A stretch of 64,000 bases of DNA from Candidatus Doudnabacteria bacterium (GCA_963837465.1 CAWINB010000004.1:586853-650852), one strand, 5' to 3'; positions 8,458-17,172 are shown, counted from the first letter of the stretch. Notes: a model not told the origin generated them from the sequence alone. Translations and numbers: made by a program.

Positions 8458-8865
8458 TTATTCTTGTTTGCTCATCAGCAAACACGCGCCGTTTACGCAA
8501 AAGCGTTTTCCGGTGGTTTGCACAGGGCCGTCGTCAAATACGTGGCCCAAATGAGAGCCGCATTTACTACAGACTACTTCCGCGCGGGTCATGCCGTATT
8601 CGTCGTCTTTGTGAAAATCCACGGCTCCAGCAATGGCCTGGTCAAAGCTCGGCCAGCCGGTGCCGCTGTCAAATTTGGCATCGGACTTAAACAGTTCCTG
8701 GCCGCAAACGGCGCAGGCGAACATTTTTCCCTTTTCGTGGACATCCAAAAGCGGACTGCTAAAGGGCGCTTCCGTGCCTTTTTCCCGCAGTATTTTGTAT
8801 TGCCCGGGCGTGAGTTTTTTCTTTAATTCTTCTTCGTTAACCTGCATTTTTGTATCATCGGACAT
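8458..8865 (-). CDS. msrB: peptide methionine (R)-sulfoxide reductase
   Basis: two CxxC zinc motifs (CAVCGQ, CSKCGSH) and catalytic C near C-terminus; ATG at 8865 has AAGGAG Shine-Dalgarno 8 nt upstream. Confidence 0.9.
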   Translation of the reverse strand: MSDDTKMQVNEEELKKKLTPGQYKILREKGTEAPFSSPLLDVHEKGKMFACAVCGQELFKSDAKFDSGTGWPSFDQAIAGAVDFHKDDEYGMTRAEVVCSKCGSHLGHVFDDGPVQTTGKRFCVNGACLLMSKQE

Positions 8866-8887
8866 AAAAATTTCTCCTTTCAATATA

Positions 8888-8915
8888 AGTATAGCAGGAA
8901 CAAAATTGATGTCAA
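8888..8915 (-). promoter_or_regulatory. sigma70-like promoter for msrB: -35 TTGACA (8910-8915), 16-nt spacer, -10 TATACT (8888-8893)
   Basis: read on minus strand; consensus -35, good spacing, followed by SD and msrB ATG. Confidence 0.5.
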
Positions 8916-9034
8916 GTATACTTTACATTGGGTTTATCCTACCATAGGCATCTTAGATAATTCTTGATTCCGGATCCCGGATATTTTTTCGGATGCGCTC
9001 AAAAATTCCTGGATGGATACGCCACGATGCCAGG

Positions 9035-9556
9035 TTATTGCGGTATTAACTGATGCGCAAATCCGGCAAAAAATATTAACAGGCCCGCTATTCCCAAAAA
9101 CATCAGCAAAGTATCGGTCGGACTGCCGACCTTAAAGCGTAAGGCTTGGGGCAAAAGCGCGAAGCTTTTGGTCGTAAAAGGATACAAATATCCGACCTTG
9201 GCGTTAAAGCCGTCAATTAACGGGTGGCTAAAGTAGGCAGCGGCAAAGACGTAGGGCAGCAGGGGAATATATGAGTAAAAAATTGCCAGCAGAATAAAAA
9301 AGAAAATTAACGTCACCAAAATAGAGTGCATTAAGCCGCGGTGGTGAAAGTATTTGCCGTAAAATGCGCCTTTAAAAATACCCAAAAGCCCGCCGGCCGC
9401 GTAATGGATTTTGGCTCGGCTGGCGTCTATGTCCGGCAGCAGGCTGGCGACTACGGCAACCGGCAACAGCGCTAAAATTGACTGGTCAACTTTGCCAAAA
9501 AAACCGGCCAGCCAAATGGCATTGGCTCCAACCGCAGCGTGAGTTCTCCATGTCAT
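9035..9556 (-). CDS. membrane-bound metal-dependent hydrolase, YdjM/DUF457 family
   Basis: N-terminal MTWRTHAAVGANAIWLAG motif and multi-TM architecture typical of LexA-regulated YdjM. Confidence 0.6.
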   Translation of the reverse strand: MTWRTHAAVGANAIWLAGFFGKVDQSILALLPVAVVASLLPDIDASRAKIHYAAGGLLGIFKGAFYGKYFHHRGLMHSILVTLIFFFILLAIFYSYIPLLPYVFAAAYFSHPLIDGFNAKVGYLYPFTTKSFALLPQALRFKVGSPTDTLLMFLGIAGLLIFFAGFAHQLIPQ

Positions 9557-9564
9557 AAAATTTT

Positions 9565-9837
9565 TTACAAATAAATCCCATCCACATAACACCAGCGCCA
9601 GTCTTCGCCGGGCTGGAAAGATTTTATTATTGGATGTTTGGTAGCGCGAAAGTGTTTGGTGGCGTGTTTGTTTTTTGAGGAGTCACAGCAACCTATATGC
9701 CCGCAAGTCAGGCACATGCGCAAGTGTACCCAGGTGTCGCCGCTTTTTAAGCACTCTTCGCACCCTTCCGGCGTAACGGGTTTAATGTCCGGATTGATTT
9801 CCTTTAAATGCCCACAAGTTGTTTTTGGGTTTGCCAT
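9565..9837 (-). CDS. UBP-type zinc-finger domain protein
   Basis: CxHL...CxxC...WxCLxCGhxGC...HxxxH pattern of zf-UBP. Confidence 0.65.
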   Translation of the reverse strand: MANPKTTCGHLKEINPDIKPVTPEGCEECLKSGDTWVHLRMCLTCGHIGCCDSSKNKHATKHFRATKHPIIKSFQPGEDWRWCYVDGIYL

Positions 9838-9859
9838 AAGGTGTTTATCAATTATAAGA

Positions 9860-10243
9860 TTATCGGTTTAACATTCTCCAAAAATTTTTAACGCTAAAAT
9901 ATGTGGCGGCCAAAAATATCAGCACAAGGATCTGGTCCGTAATAAAAATCGCGACCAGGGGGGTTTGGGAAAACATAATGGCATGGCTCTCAAAGAACAC
10001 AATGGCCCAAAGTGAAATTACAATATCCATCCCCGCTGCCCAGCGCTGCTTCGGGCCGGTTAATCCCGCCATCACCGCCAACAGGACAATGGCGATAGTC
10101 ATAAATGTCGGGCTCTGGGGTAAATATTGCCTAAAAAACGGGTAAGTTAAAATCATAACAATCGCCCCGGCCAAAAAAAGCCTGCGGACAACACCATCCT
10201 CAAAAGGTTTCTGATTCAATTGCGGTCCCGGAGTTTCAGCCAT
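9860..10243 (-). CDS. hypothetical integral membrane protein (4 TM)
   Basis: hydrophobic helices throughout; no motif. Confidence 0.45.
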   Translation of the reverse strand: MAETPGPQLNQKPFEDGVVRRLFLAGAIVMILTYPFFRQYLPQSPTFMTIAIVLLAVMAGLTGPKQRWAAGMDIVISLWAIVFFESHAIMFSQTPLVAIFITDQILVLIFLAATYFSVKNFWRMLNR

Positions 10244-10304
10244 AAAATTGCTTTATTTTATTATACCACGGTTTAAAACAGTATTGGTTTTGGCTGTCAT
10301 AAAT

Positions 10305-11366
10305 TTAGCTATGTTTTTGGTATCTTGTCGCGCTTCCCAAACCAATTCTTTCTATCAAATTTAGTTTCAACAATTTTGCCAGGACTTGGTTAATCGTAGG
10401 GCGGTAAACTTCGGTATTTTCTGAAATTTGTCTTGGGTTAGCTTCATTCACTGTTTGCATATACTCCCAAACTTTAAGCTGCAAAGGCGATAGTAATTTT
10501 TCCACGTTTTCTTTGCTTAGCAGCTTTATAGCCATTTGCGACTGCTGCAAGAAAATATCAAAGAAAAATTCAAGCCACGGGATTATGGTTTCTTTTTTGG
10601 TTTTGAAAGTGGTCTGGCTTCGGCGTAAGGCAATATAGTATTCGCTCTTATTGTCTTCTACCAGCTTTTCGTGTGACACATAAGACATATACAAAAAGCC
10701 TGCCTGCGACAGTAAGAGATTTGTTAAAATTCGGGATGCCCTGCCGTTTCCGTCCTGAAATGGATGAATGTTCAGGAACTCCAGGATAAAATTAGCAATG
10801 ACAAGCAGAGGCTCCGTTTTTTTCTCCTTAAGTTCTTTGATTGTCCATTCAACCAACTCCAGCATTTCTTTTGGAGCTAAGTAAGCAGGAGTTGGGTTAA
10901 AGACAGTCGCGATAACTTTACCTTTTTCGTCTGTCATTACTACCTTATTTTCACCCTTTTTATAATCACCCCTATGTCGCTGGTCTTTTTCCACGTACTT
11001 AAGCAGCTCTTTGTGAAAGTGTTTAACCGTGCTTTCGGAAAAACGGATACTCCGCCAGTTATCAAAAACAATATTAAGCAGTTCGTAATAACCCTTAACC
11101 TCACCTTTGTCCCTTTCGGAAAACTTTTGCTGGCCAATGCCGCGCATTAGCTTTTCTACATCCTCGTCAGATAGCTTCGCGCCTTCAATACGGGTGGAAG
11201 CGCCGGTGGAGCTGGATAGAACGAATTTTTTAAGCCTGCCTAAAACCTGCGGGCTAAGGTTAGCCCCGGACACCCATTGGCCTTGTAACCCCTTTATTTC
11301 GCCAATTTTTGACCAAATATTGCTTGGTAAATTAGCCAGCCTCTTGTTGAATTTGTTAGTTTTCAT
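10305..11366 (-). CDS. Fic-family protein (class II, with N-terminal inhibitory SxxxEG helix and C-terminal winged helix)
   Basis: HPFQDGNGRASR Fic motif; STRIEG inhibitory motif near N-terminus. Confidence 0.85.
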   Translation of the reverse strand: MKTNKFNKRLANLPSNIWSKIGEIKGLQGQWVSGANLSPQVLGRLKKFVLSSSTGASTRIEGAKLSDEDVEKLMRGIGQQKFSERDKGEVKGYYELLNIVFDNWRSIRFSESTVKHFHKELLKYVEKDQRHRGDYKKGENKVVMTDEKGKVIATVFNPTPAYLAPKEMLELVEWTIKELKEKKTEPLLVIANFILEFLNIHPFQDGNGRASRILTNLLLSQAGFLYMSYVSHEKLVEDNKSEYYIALRRSQTTFKTKKETIIPWLEFFFDIFLQQSQMAIKLLSKENVEKLLSPLQLKVWEYMQTVNEANPRQISENTEVYRPTINQVLAKLLKLNLIERIGLGSATRYQKHS

Positions 11367-11440
11367 GATTGTATATTTTAACTATATACAATTATATACA
11401 CTCATTGGATTTTTGTCAAATCCAAGTCTTATACAATGGA

Positions 11441-12845
11441 ACATGGCCCCTATCTTTGAGACAGCCTCTAAAGGAGGACGGTACCCCAATTGCTGAAACC
11501 GGAGGGTTGCCCGGAAGCTGTACAAAGAGCATAAGCCTGCCACACTGACTTGATGACAATCGATATGACAGACTTAAGCGTTACGAGCATAGCTCAAATC
11601 AAGGAATTTCTAAAGGTCAATACAGCAATTAATTTTACCTCAGTTTCCAGAAAGGAGAAATATGAATGGATTAACAACGTCTTAAACAAGTTTGGCTATG
11701 TCCGGCTTAAAGGCAAAAAAGACAAGGGGCAGATTAAGGAATATATCCAACGGATGACCGGCATGTCGGGCAGACAGCTAAAACGACTGATTACCAACAA
11801 GAGAGGAAGTGGGTTAGTGGCCTTGTCCCCGAATTGGGGCAAGAAAAACCGGTTTGTTACTGTTTATGGCCCGGCAGAAATACTATTGCTGGCTGAAACC
11901 GATAATCTGCACCAACGAATGAATGCCCATGCCACCAAACAGATCCTAATGGCTGAATATGAAATATTCGGTGACGAACGGTTTAAAAGACTAAAAGATA
12001 TTTCCGTTTCCCATATCTACAATCTGCGAGTTAAAAGAATTTACACCAGCCACTCCACCACCTTTACCATAACCGATCCAGTAAGCACCCCGATTGGTAT
12101 TAGAAGAAGACCCGACAATATGGGCATTCCGGGCTATCTGCGGGTGGATACCGTGCATCAGGGCGACCGTAAGCTGGCTTTGGGCAAGTATGAGAAAGGT
12201 ATTTACCACTTAAACCTGGTGGATGAAGTCACCCAATGGGAAATGGTCTTCTGTGTGGAAACGATTTCCGAGCTGCATTTAAAACCCATATTTGAACAGT
12301 TGCAGCAAATGTTTCCCTTTACAGTAATTAACTTCCACTCTGACAACGGTAGCGAGAACATTAATTACACGGTAGCTGATATTCTTAGAAGGTTAGTTAT
12401 TAAACAGACAAAATCACGAAGCAGGCACTGCAATGACAATGCCTTAGTGGAAAGCAAGAACGGCAGTGTCATCAGAAAGTATATGGGCTACACTCATATC
12501 CCGAAAACCTACGCGCAGGAGATTAACGAATTTTACCAGAAGTTTTTTAACCCTTACCTGAACTTCCACAGACCCTGCGGCTTTGCCACCACCACGGTTG
12601 ACCATAAGGGCAAGGAAAAGAAAAAATATGATATTTACTTAACTCCCTATGCCAAACTGAAGACTCTGGATAATTGGACACGCTACCTTGCCCCAGGACG
12701 GACGGAAAAACAACTGGATGACATCAGCACCGGCCACAGCCATAACGGATGGGCAAAACTTATGCAGGAAGCAAAGTCAGCAGTATTTAAAAACATTAAA
12801 CTTAAGGAACATCAAAAAATGGCCGCTGGCGGATAGGGGCCATGT
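11441..12845 (+). mobile_element. insertion sequence (~1.4 kb) with 14-bp perfect terminal inverted repeats ACATGGCCCCTATC
   Basis: IRL 11441-11454, IRR 12832-12845 (reverse complement identical); single DDE transposase ORF between them. Confidence 0.65.
11550..12836 (+). CDS. DDE-type transposase / integrase-core (rve) domain protein
   Basis: N-terminal HTH region; catalytic core HSDNGSE ... NDNALVESKNGS (D,D,E arrangement). Confidence 0.8.
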   Translation: MMTIDMTDLSVTSIAQIKEFLKVNTAINFTSVSRKEKYEWINNVLNKFGYVRLKGKKDKGQIKEYIQRMTGMSGRQLKRLITNKRGSGLVALSPNWGKKNRFVTVYGPAEILLLAETDNLHQRMNAHATKQILMAEYEIFGDERFKRLKDISVSHIYNLRVKRIYTSHSTTFTITDPVSTPIGIRRRPDNMGIPGYLRVDTVHQGDRKLALGKYEKGIYHLNLVDEVTQWEMVFCVETISELHLKPIFEQLQQMFPFTVINFHSDNGSENINYTVADILRRLVIKQTKSRSRHCNDNALVESKNGSVIRKYMGYTHIPKTYAQEINEFYQKFFNPYLNFHRPCGFATTTVDHKGKEKKKYDIYLTPYAKLKTLDNWTRYLAPGRTEKQLDDISTGHSHNGWAKLMQEAKSAVFKNIKLKEHQKMAAGG

Positions 12846-13141
12846 CTTGATTAGAAACTACTATCCACTTAATGCCGCTGGAAAAAATAGAAAAATCCAA
12901 ACAAAAAACCGAGATACGATTCTCGATTTTTTAGATGGTTGGGATGCCCGAAGGGGGTTGGACTGCCCAAGTTTCTCAAGCTGTGGCACAATATAGAGCT
13001 ACTTGGCTGTGAAGGATTGATGTAAACATTATATACTGCGCAGCTTGTTTTGCACTCGTTCCGATAAATATGTTATAATTAAAGCAACAATTTAATTGCC
13101 TAAACCTACTGCCGCAAGGCTTGGGCACGGCATAAAAACAT

Positions 13142-13245
13142 CGTGAAGCACGAAGACGGTCATCCGTCTTGCTTAATGCTTCACGGTGTTGCCAAGGGAA
13201 ACTTTGGTAGGCTCGCAAGAGCCGGGCAAGCGGGTGGCCCTTTTT
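13142..13245 (+). other. candidate structured RNA / multi-hairpin element upstream of bPH gene
   Basis: nested hairpin CGTGAAGCA[CGAAGACGG-tcat-CCGTCTTG]cttaaTGCTTCACG, then GGCTC-GCAA-GAGCC GNRA-loop hairpin and GGGC..GCCC + T5. Confidence 0.3.
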
Positions 13246-13273
13246 GTAGCCCGTAGAAAGGAACAACTAAGCA

Positions 13274-13735
13274 ATGGAATATCAAAAAGTCTGGGAGAAG
13301 ATATTAAACCCGGACGAAAAAGTAGAATACGAATTTTCGTTTAGTGATAAATATCGCAAAACTGTGCTAATTGTGTGGTCTATCGTTAGTCTTCTGTTTT
13401 TATTGTTGCACTGGATTTTTGTCGGCATCCTTACTTTTTTAATTGTGTTGTTGTGGTGGTATAGGGTCAAGGTAGCTAATGCCTATGCTTTTACCGACAG
13501 ACGCGTAGTTGTTCATAAGGGATGGCTGTCTACCAAAACCACGACCGTTGATTACGACAAAATAGTGGAGGTTTCTGTTAAAGAACCGTTTACCGAACGT
13601 AAATTTTACGGAAGCGGCGACCTTAACATTAAGACTGCTGGTAGTATAGTCCACGACCTAAGACTTGCCCATATAAACGCTCCTTATGAAGTTAAAAAGA
13701 AATTAGACCAATTAAGAAATAATTATTTAAAGTAA
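13274..13735 (+). CDS. bacterial PH-domain (bPH_2, YdbS/YdbT-like) membrane protein
   Basis: two N-terminal TM helices followed by FTDRRVVVHKGWLSTKTTTVDYDKI bPH_2 pattern. Confidence 0.7.
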   Translation: MEYQKVWEKILNPDEKVEYEFSFSDKYRKTVLIVWSIVSLLFLLLHWIFVGILTFLIVLLWWYRVKVANAYAFTDRRVVVHKGWLSTKTTTVDYDKIVEVSVKEPFTERKFYGSGDLNIKTAGSIVHDLRLAHINAPYEVKKKLDQLRNNYLK

Positions 13736-13780
13736 AGATGGCAGACTGGTGTCTACCATCGGCAGAAAGGAAAAAATTAT

Positions 13781-14521
13781 ATGAACGGTTTATTTATGTT
13801 TTTGTTCCTGCTTTCAATCGTTGGACTGATAGTGGGACTGATAAAACCGGCATTATTTAACAAATTGTTTAAAGGAAATGCGAACAGAAAAAATACAAGT
13901 GTAGCTTTTGGAGCCGCCATAGTTTTATTTTTTATATTGACCGGCGTTACAAGTCCAAAAAGTAATACGGCCAGCCAACAAGCAAATATTCAACCCCAGC
14001 AACAGACCTCCGCGGTAACTCAAAATGCGGCTATTCCTACAAGCAGCCCGGCTGCTGCGATAGCAATACCTCCAACAGCCCCACCAAAGACAATCAAAGC
14101 TGCTCCAAACATTCCTGCCAACCCTCAACCAAAACAGCCAGCAGCTACCACACCTGCGCCTGTTGCAACTCCGCAACCAACGCAAGCTCCACAAACAGAC
14201 AATCAAAATACTTCACCAACCTCAAATGAAACAGTTAGTCAACAAAATGCTGTTGCAAAAGCAAAAGATTATTTAAATTACACGGCATTTTCTCATGATG
14301 GATTGGTTGCTCAATTGGAGTACGACCAATTTTCACCGGCTGATGCGACCTATGGTGCAGATAATTCCGGTGCTAACTGGGATGCGGAGGCAGCTGCAAA
14401 GGCCAAAGACTACATGAGCTATTCAGCTTTTTCACGCGGTGGTCTTATCGCACAGTTGGAATATGATAAATTCACACAAGAACAAGCAGAGTACGGAGCT
14501 AACGCGGTTGGACTACAATAG
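13781..14521 (+). CDS. membrane-anchored protein with Pro/Thr/Gln-rich linker and two tandem Ltp-like (phage superinfection-exclusion lipoprotein family) domains
   Basis: repeats KAKDYLNYTAFSHDGLVAQLEYDQFSPADATYGA and KAKDYMSYSAFSRGGLIAQLEYDKFTQEQAEYGA. Confidence 0.6.
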   Translation: MNGLFMFLFLLSIVGLIVGLIKPALFNKLFKGNANRKNTSVAFGAAIVLFFILTGVTSPKSNTASQQANIQPQQQTSAVTQNAAIPTSSPAAAIAIPPTAPPKTIKAAPNIPANPQPKQPAATTPAPVATPQPTQAPQTDNQNTSPTSNETVSQQNAVAKAKDYLNYTAFSHDGLVAQLEYDQFSPADATYGADNSGANWDAEAAAKAKDYMSYSAFSRGGLIAQLEYDKFTQEQAEYGANAVGLQ

Positions 14522-14554
14522 GACAAATAAAAACGCTATTGATAATAAAATAAG

Positions 14555-15076
14555 TTGGTTATTATAATGGCAAATATTTTCAATAAGGAATTATCAAGCA
14601 GAGACCGCCGCTGGAAGTCACAACTTGAATGTTTAGGCGCAAGTCCAACAGATTTTGAAAGGACACGTCTTATGCTTACAAAAAGGTTTGGGCAAAAACC
14701 AAACTTTGATGATATTATCTGGTCAATTTTCAACGAATTAATAATTAAAACAAATGGTACCGGTGTGTTATTTTATTGGATGGCTTTATTTCAGGATGAA
14801 AAGGGAAGAAATTCGGCTCATCTACTTTACGATAGCCAGCGGTCTTGGTTGAAAATTTGGTTTAAAACGGGAGTGATAACTGTAAAAATTTGCACGGCTG
14901 GAGAAAAAGCCTGCAAAAACTGCCAAAAATTGGAAGGTATAATTACTCCCATAGACCAAGCCTTTCAAAATCCCATTATACCCTGTAAAGATTGTATTTT
15001 TCGTATGAATCCAAAAAGTCGGTTTGCCTTTTGCCGTTGTATGTACCGGCCGGAAGATGTGGGCAAGATAGGATAG
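14555..15076 (+). CDS. hypothetical protein with Cys-rich C-terminus (CKNC...CKDC...CRC)
   Basis: ORF; possible ATG at 14567; putative zinc-ribbon-like Cys pairs. Confidence 0.5.
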   Translation: MVIIMANIFNKELSSRDRRWKSQLECLGASPTDFERTRLMLTKRFGQKPNFDDIIWSIFNELIIKTNGTGVLFYWMALFQDEKGRNSAHLLYDSQRSWLKIWFKTGVITVKICTAGEKACKNCQKLEGIITPIDQAFQNPIIPCKDCIFRMNPKSRFAFCRCMYRPEDVGKIG

Positions 15077-15146
15077 TTACTACCGTGGTTAGCATATTTA
15101 AAATTATTTTTACGGGGTAAGGCATACAATTTATCAACCTTGCAAA

Positions 15147-15173
15147 ATAAACGCGCCTCAATCGCGTTTTTTT
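15147..15173 (+). terminator. rho-independent terminator
   Basis: AAACGCG-cctcaat-CGCGTTT followed by T7. Confidence 0.6.
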
Positions 15174-15283
15174 GATGTCAAGCCATAGAGTAAACCGGAC
15201 TAACGCATTAGAAACGGCGGTCGAGTTGCATTTTTTCAGGAAGGGCATTATAACATTGTAAATCCAGTATTAAGTTAAAGCGT

Positions 15284-15508
15284 ATGCGTTTTGCCAGCAA
15301 AGAGCAAAAATTACAATGGTTAAAAGCGGCAGCGGAAAAAATCCGCCATATGGAAGCCGAGCCTAACGCGGCGATAATGGCGCAAGAGTTTGGACGAGCA
15401 TATAGTTTATTGCGCGGGCTGAATTATGCCAAAGTTCAGTTTCGCAAAGTCAGCCACGGCCTCCGTAAAAGTTGCACCGTAAAAGTTGCAGTTGACCGTA
15501 GGTTATAA
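15284..15508 (+). CDS. small hypothetical protein (74 aa)
   Basis: ORF only. Confidence 0.3.
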   Translation: MRFASKEQKLQWLKAAAEKIRHMEAEPNAAIMAQEFGRAYSLLRGLNYAKVQFRKVSHGLRKSCTVKVAVDRRL

Positions 15509-15634
15509 AGGGCATATAATATGTAAGGATAACGGCTGGCACAGCAGACGTTATTAGACAGCTCTCCATATTCTGTGCGAGAGTTTTTTTGTTTTAAACT
15601 TTCAACTTGAAACTTTATAACTTTTAACTCATAT

Positions 15635-15709
15635 GGTGCCTGTAGCTCAATGGTAGAGCACCGCTCTGTGGCAGCGGCTACGAGGGTCCGATTCCCTTCA
15701 GGCACCCCA
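15635..15709 (+). tRNA. tRNA-His (anticodon GUG) with genomically encoded G-1 and 3' CCA
   Basis: cloverleaf folded by hand: G-1, acceptor GTGCCTG/CAGGCAC, D-stem GCTC/GAGC, anticodon stem CCGCT/AGCGG with loop CTGTGGC, T-arm, discriminator C + CCA. Confidence 0.9.
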
Positions 15710-15864
15710 AGTTCTGAATTTAATATAATCAAATAGATTTCCTCGGAGCTCTGCTCCGGATGATACTTTGCGCAACTCTTGCGCGATTTTTAGACTTGGC
15801 AACTATAATATATTAGGATATAATCGTATATAGTTAGGTATATACGATTAAACTACTATCAATT

Positions 15865-16932
15865 ATGGAAAACAACAAGTTTAGTAAAAGAATACGCTAT
15901 GATCAAGAAATCGTTAATTTACTGTCAAAGGTCGGAGATTTTAAGGCTCAATGGCAGGGCGGTTTAAGGCTTAGCCCGCAGATTTTGGGCAGGATTAAGT
16001 CTTGGGTCATCATTACCAGCACAGGGGCTTCTACCCGTATAGAAGGATCAAAAATGAGCGATAAGGAAGTCGCCCGTCTTTTACGTGGTCTAAAGAATAA
16101 AAAGCCGCAAGGCAGGGATGCCCAAGAAGTTGCTGGCTATGCTGATTTGATTGGCAGGATTTTTGACAACTACAAAACCTTAAAGCTAACCGAAAATAAC
16201 ATTTTGCAATTCCATAGCATGCAGCTGCAATTTTCAGAAAAAGACGAATACCACAGAGGCAAATATAAGGCTACCGATAATACTGTAATTATGAAAACGC
16301 CAGAGGGTCAGACAGTAGTATTGTTTCAACCCTCGCCGCCATACCTCGTTAAGCCAGAAATGGAAAGCGTTATTGCTTGGACTAACGAACAGCTGGAAAA
16401 AGACGAAATCCACCCCTTACTCGTTATTGCGAATTTTGTGTTTGAATTTTTAGCAATACACCCGTTCTCTGATGGTAACGGGCGTCTTTCTCGTGCCTTA
16501 ACCAATTTACTGCTTTTAAGAGCTGGCTATACTTATGTCCCTTATGTTTCTATGGAAGAAATAATTGAGGAACGCCGGACGGATTATTATTTGGCTTTAA
16601 GGCGAACCCAAAAAAACCATAAAAGCGAACACGAAGATATTACTGCTTGGGTCAAATACTTCTTGGAAGTTTTAGGAGAGCAAGCCGATCGAGCACGGAA
16701 GTTAATGGAATTGGAACAGCCAGAAAAGCTTCTTTCAAAAAAACAAGCGCAAATATATAAGTTATTTACGCACGGTCAAGAATTAGCGATTAAAGAAATA
16801 GATAAAAAGCTAAAAGGCGCTATACCGCAAGTAACAATCAAGCAGGCTGTAAACCGTTTGGTTGAATTAAAATTAGTTGAACGTTTAGGTATGGGCAGAG
16901 GTATTAGATATAAGAAGCTGTATCTATTTTAG
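15865..16932 (+). CDS. Fic-family protein (class II), paralog of 10305-11366 in inverted orientation
   Basis: HPFSDGNGRLSR Fic motif; STRIEG inhibitory motif; ~50% aa identity to first Fic. Confidence 0.85.
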   Translation: MENNKFSKRIRYDQEIVNLLSKVGDFKAQWQGGLRLSPQILGRIKSWVIITSTGASTRIEGSKMSDKEVARLLRGLKNKKPQGRDAQEVAGYADLIGRIFDNYKTLKLTENNILQFHSMQLQFSEKDEYHRGKYKATDNTVIMKTPEGQTVVLFQPSPPYLVKPEMESVIAWTNEQLEKDEIHPLLVIANFVFEFLAIHPFSDGNGRLSRALTNLLLLRAGYTYVPYVSMEEIIEERRTDYYLALRRTQKNHKSEHEDITAWVKYFLEVLGEQADRARKLMELEQPEKLLSKKQAQIYKLFTHGQELAIKEIDKKLKGAIPQVTIKQAVNRLVELKLVERLGMGRGIRYKKLYLF

Positions 16933-16980
16933 TCTAGAAAGGCTATAATTAGGTTATTAAATGGTATAGAAAGGACTATT

Positions 16981-17172
16981 ATGGCGTTTGAAAGTATAGT
17001 TTTTCCCTTTGATAAGGACTTTAAAAGCTTTGAGCGGAAGGTCGGGGAGACCATGGCTTTAAGGGCCGAAGTGGAGCTTTTAAGGAGTGTGCTTATGGAA
17101 GACGGTAAAAGAGATGTCATAAAAAAAGCCGAAAAGGAAATGTACAAGCGGCATGCCGATTTGGCATCTTAA
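16981..17172 (+). CDS. small hypothetical protein (63 aa)
   Basis: ORF only, charged/coiled-coil-like. Confidence 0.35.
   Translation: MAFESIVFPFDKDFKSFERKVGETMALRAEVELLRSVLMEDGKRDVIKKAEKEMYKRHADLAS

Noticed and set aside
15608-15634. Promoter for tRNA-His (TTGAAA ... TCATAT)
   Set aside because: Spacing and -10 quality are poor; could not be supported confidently by eye.
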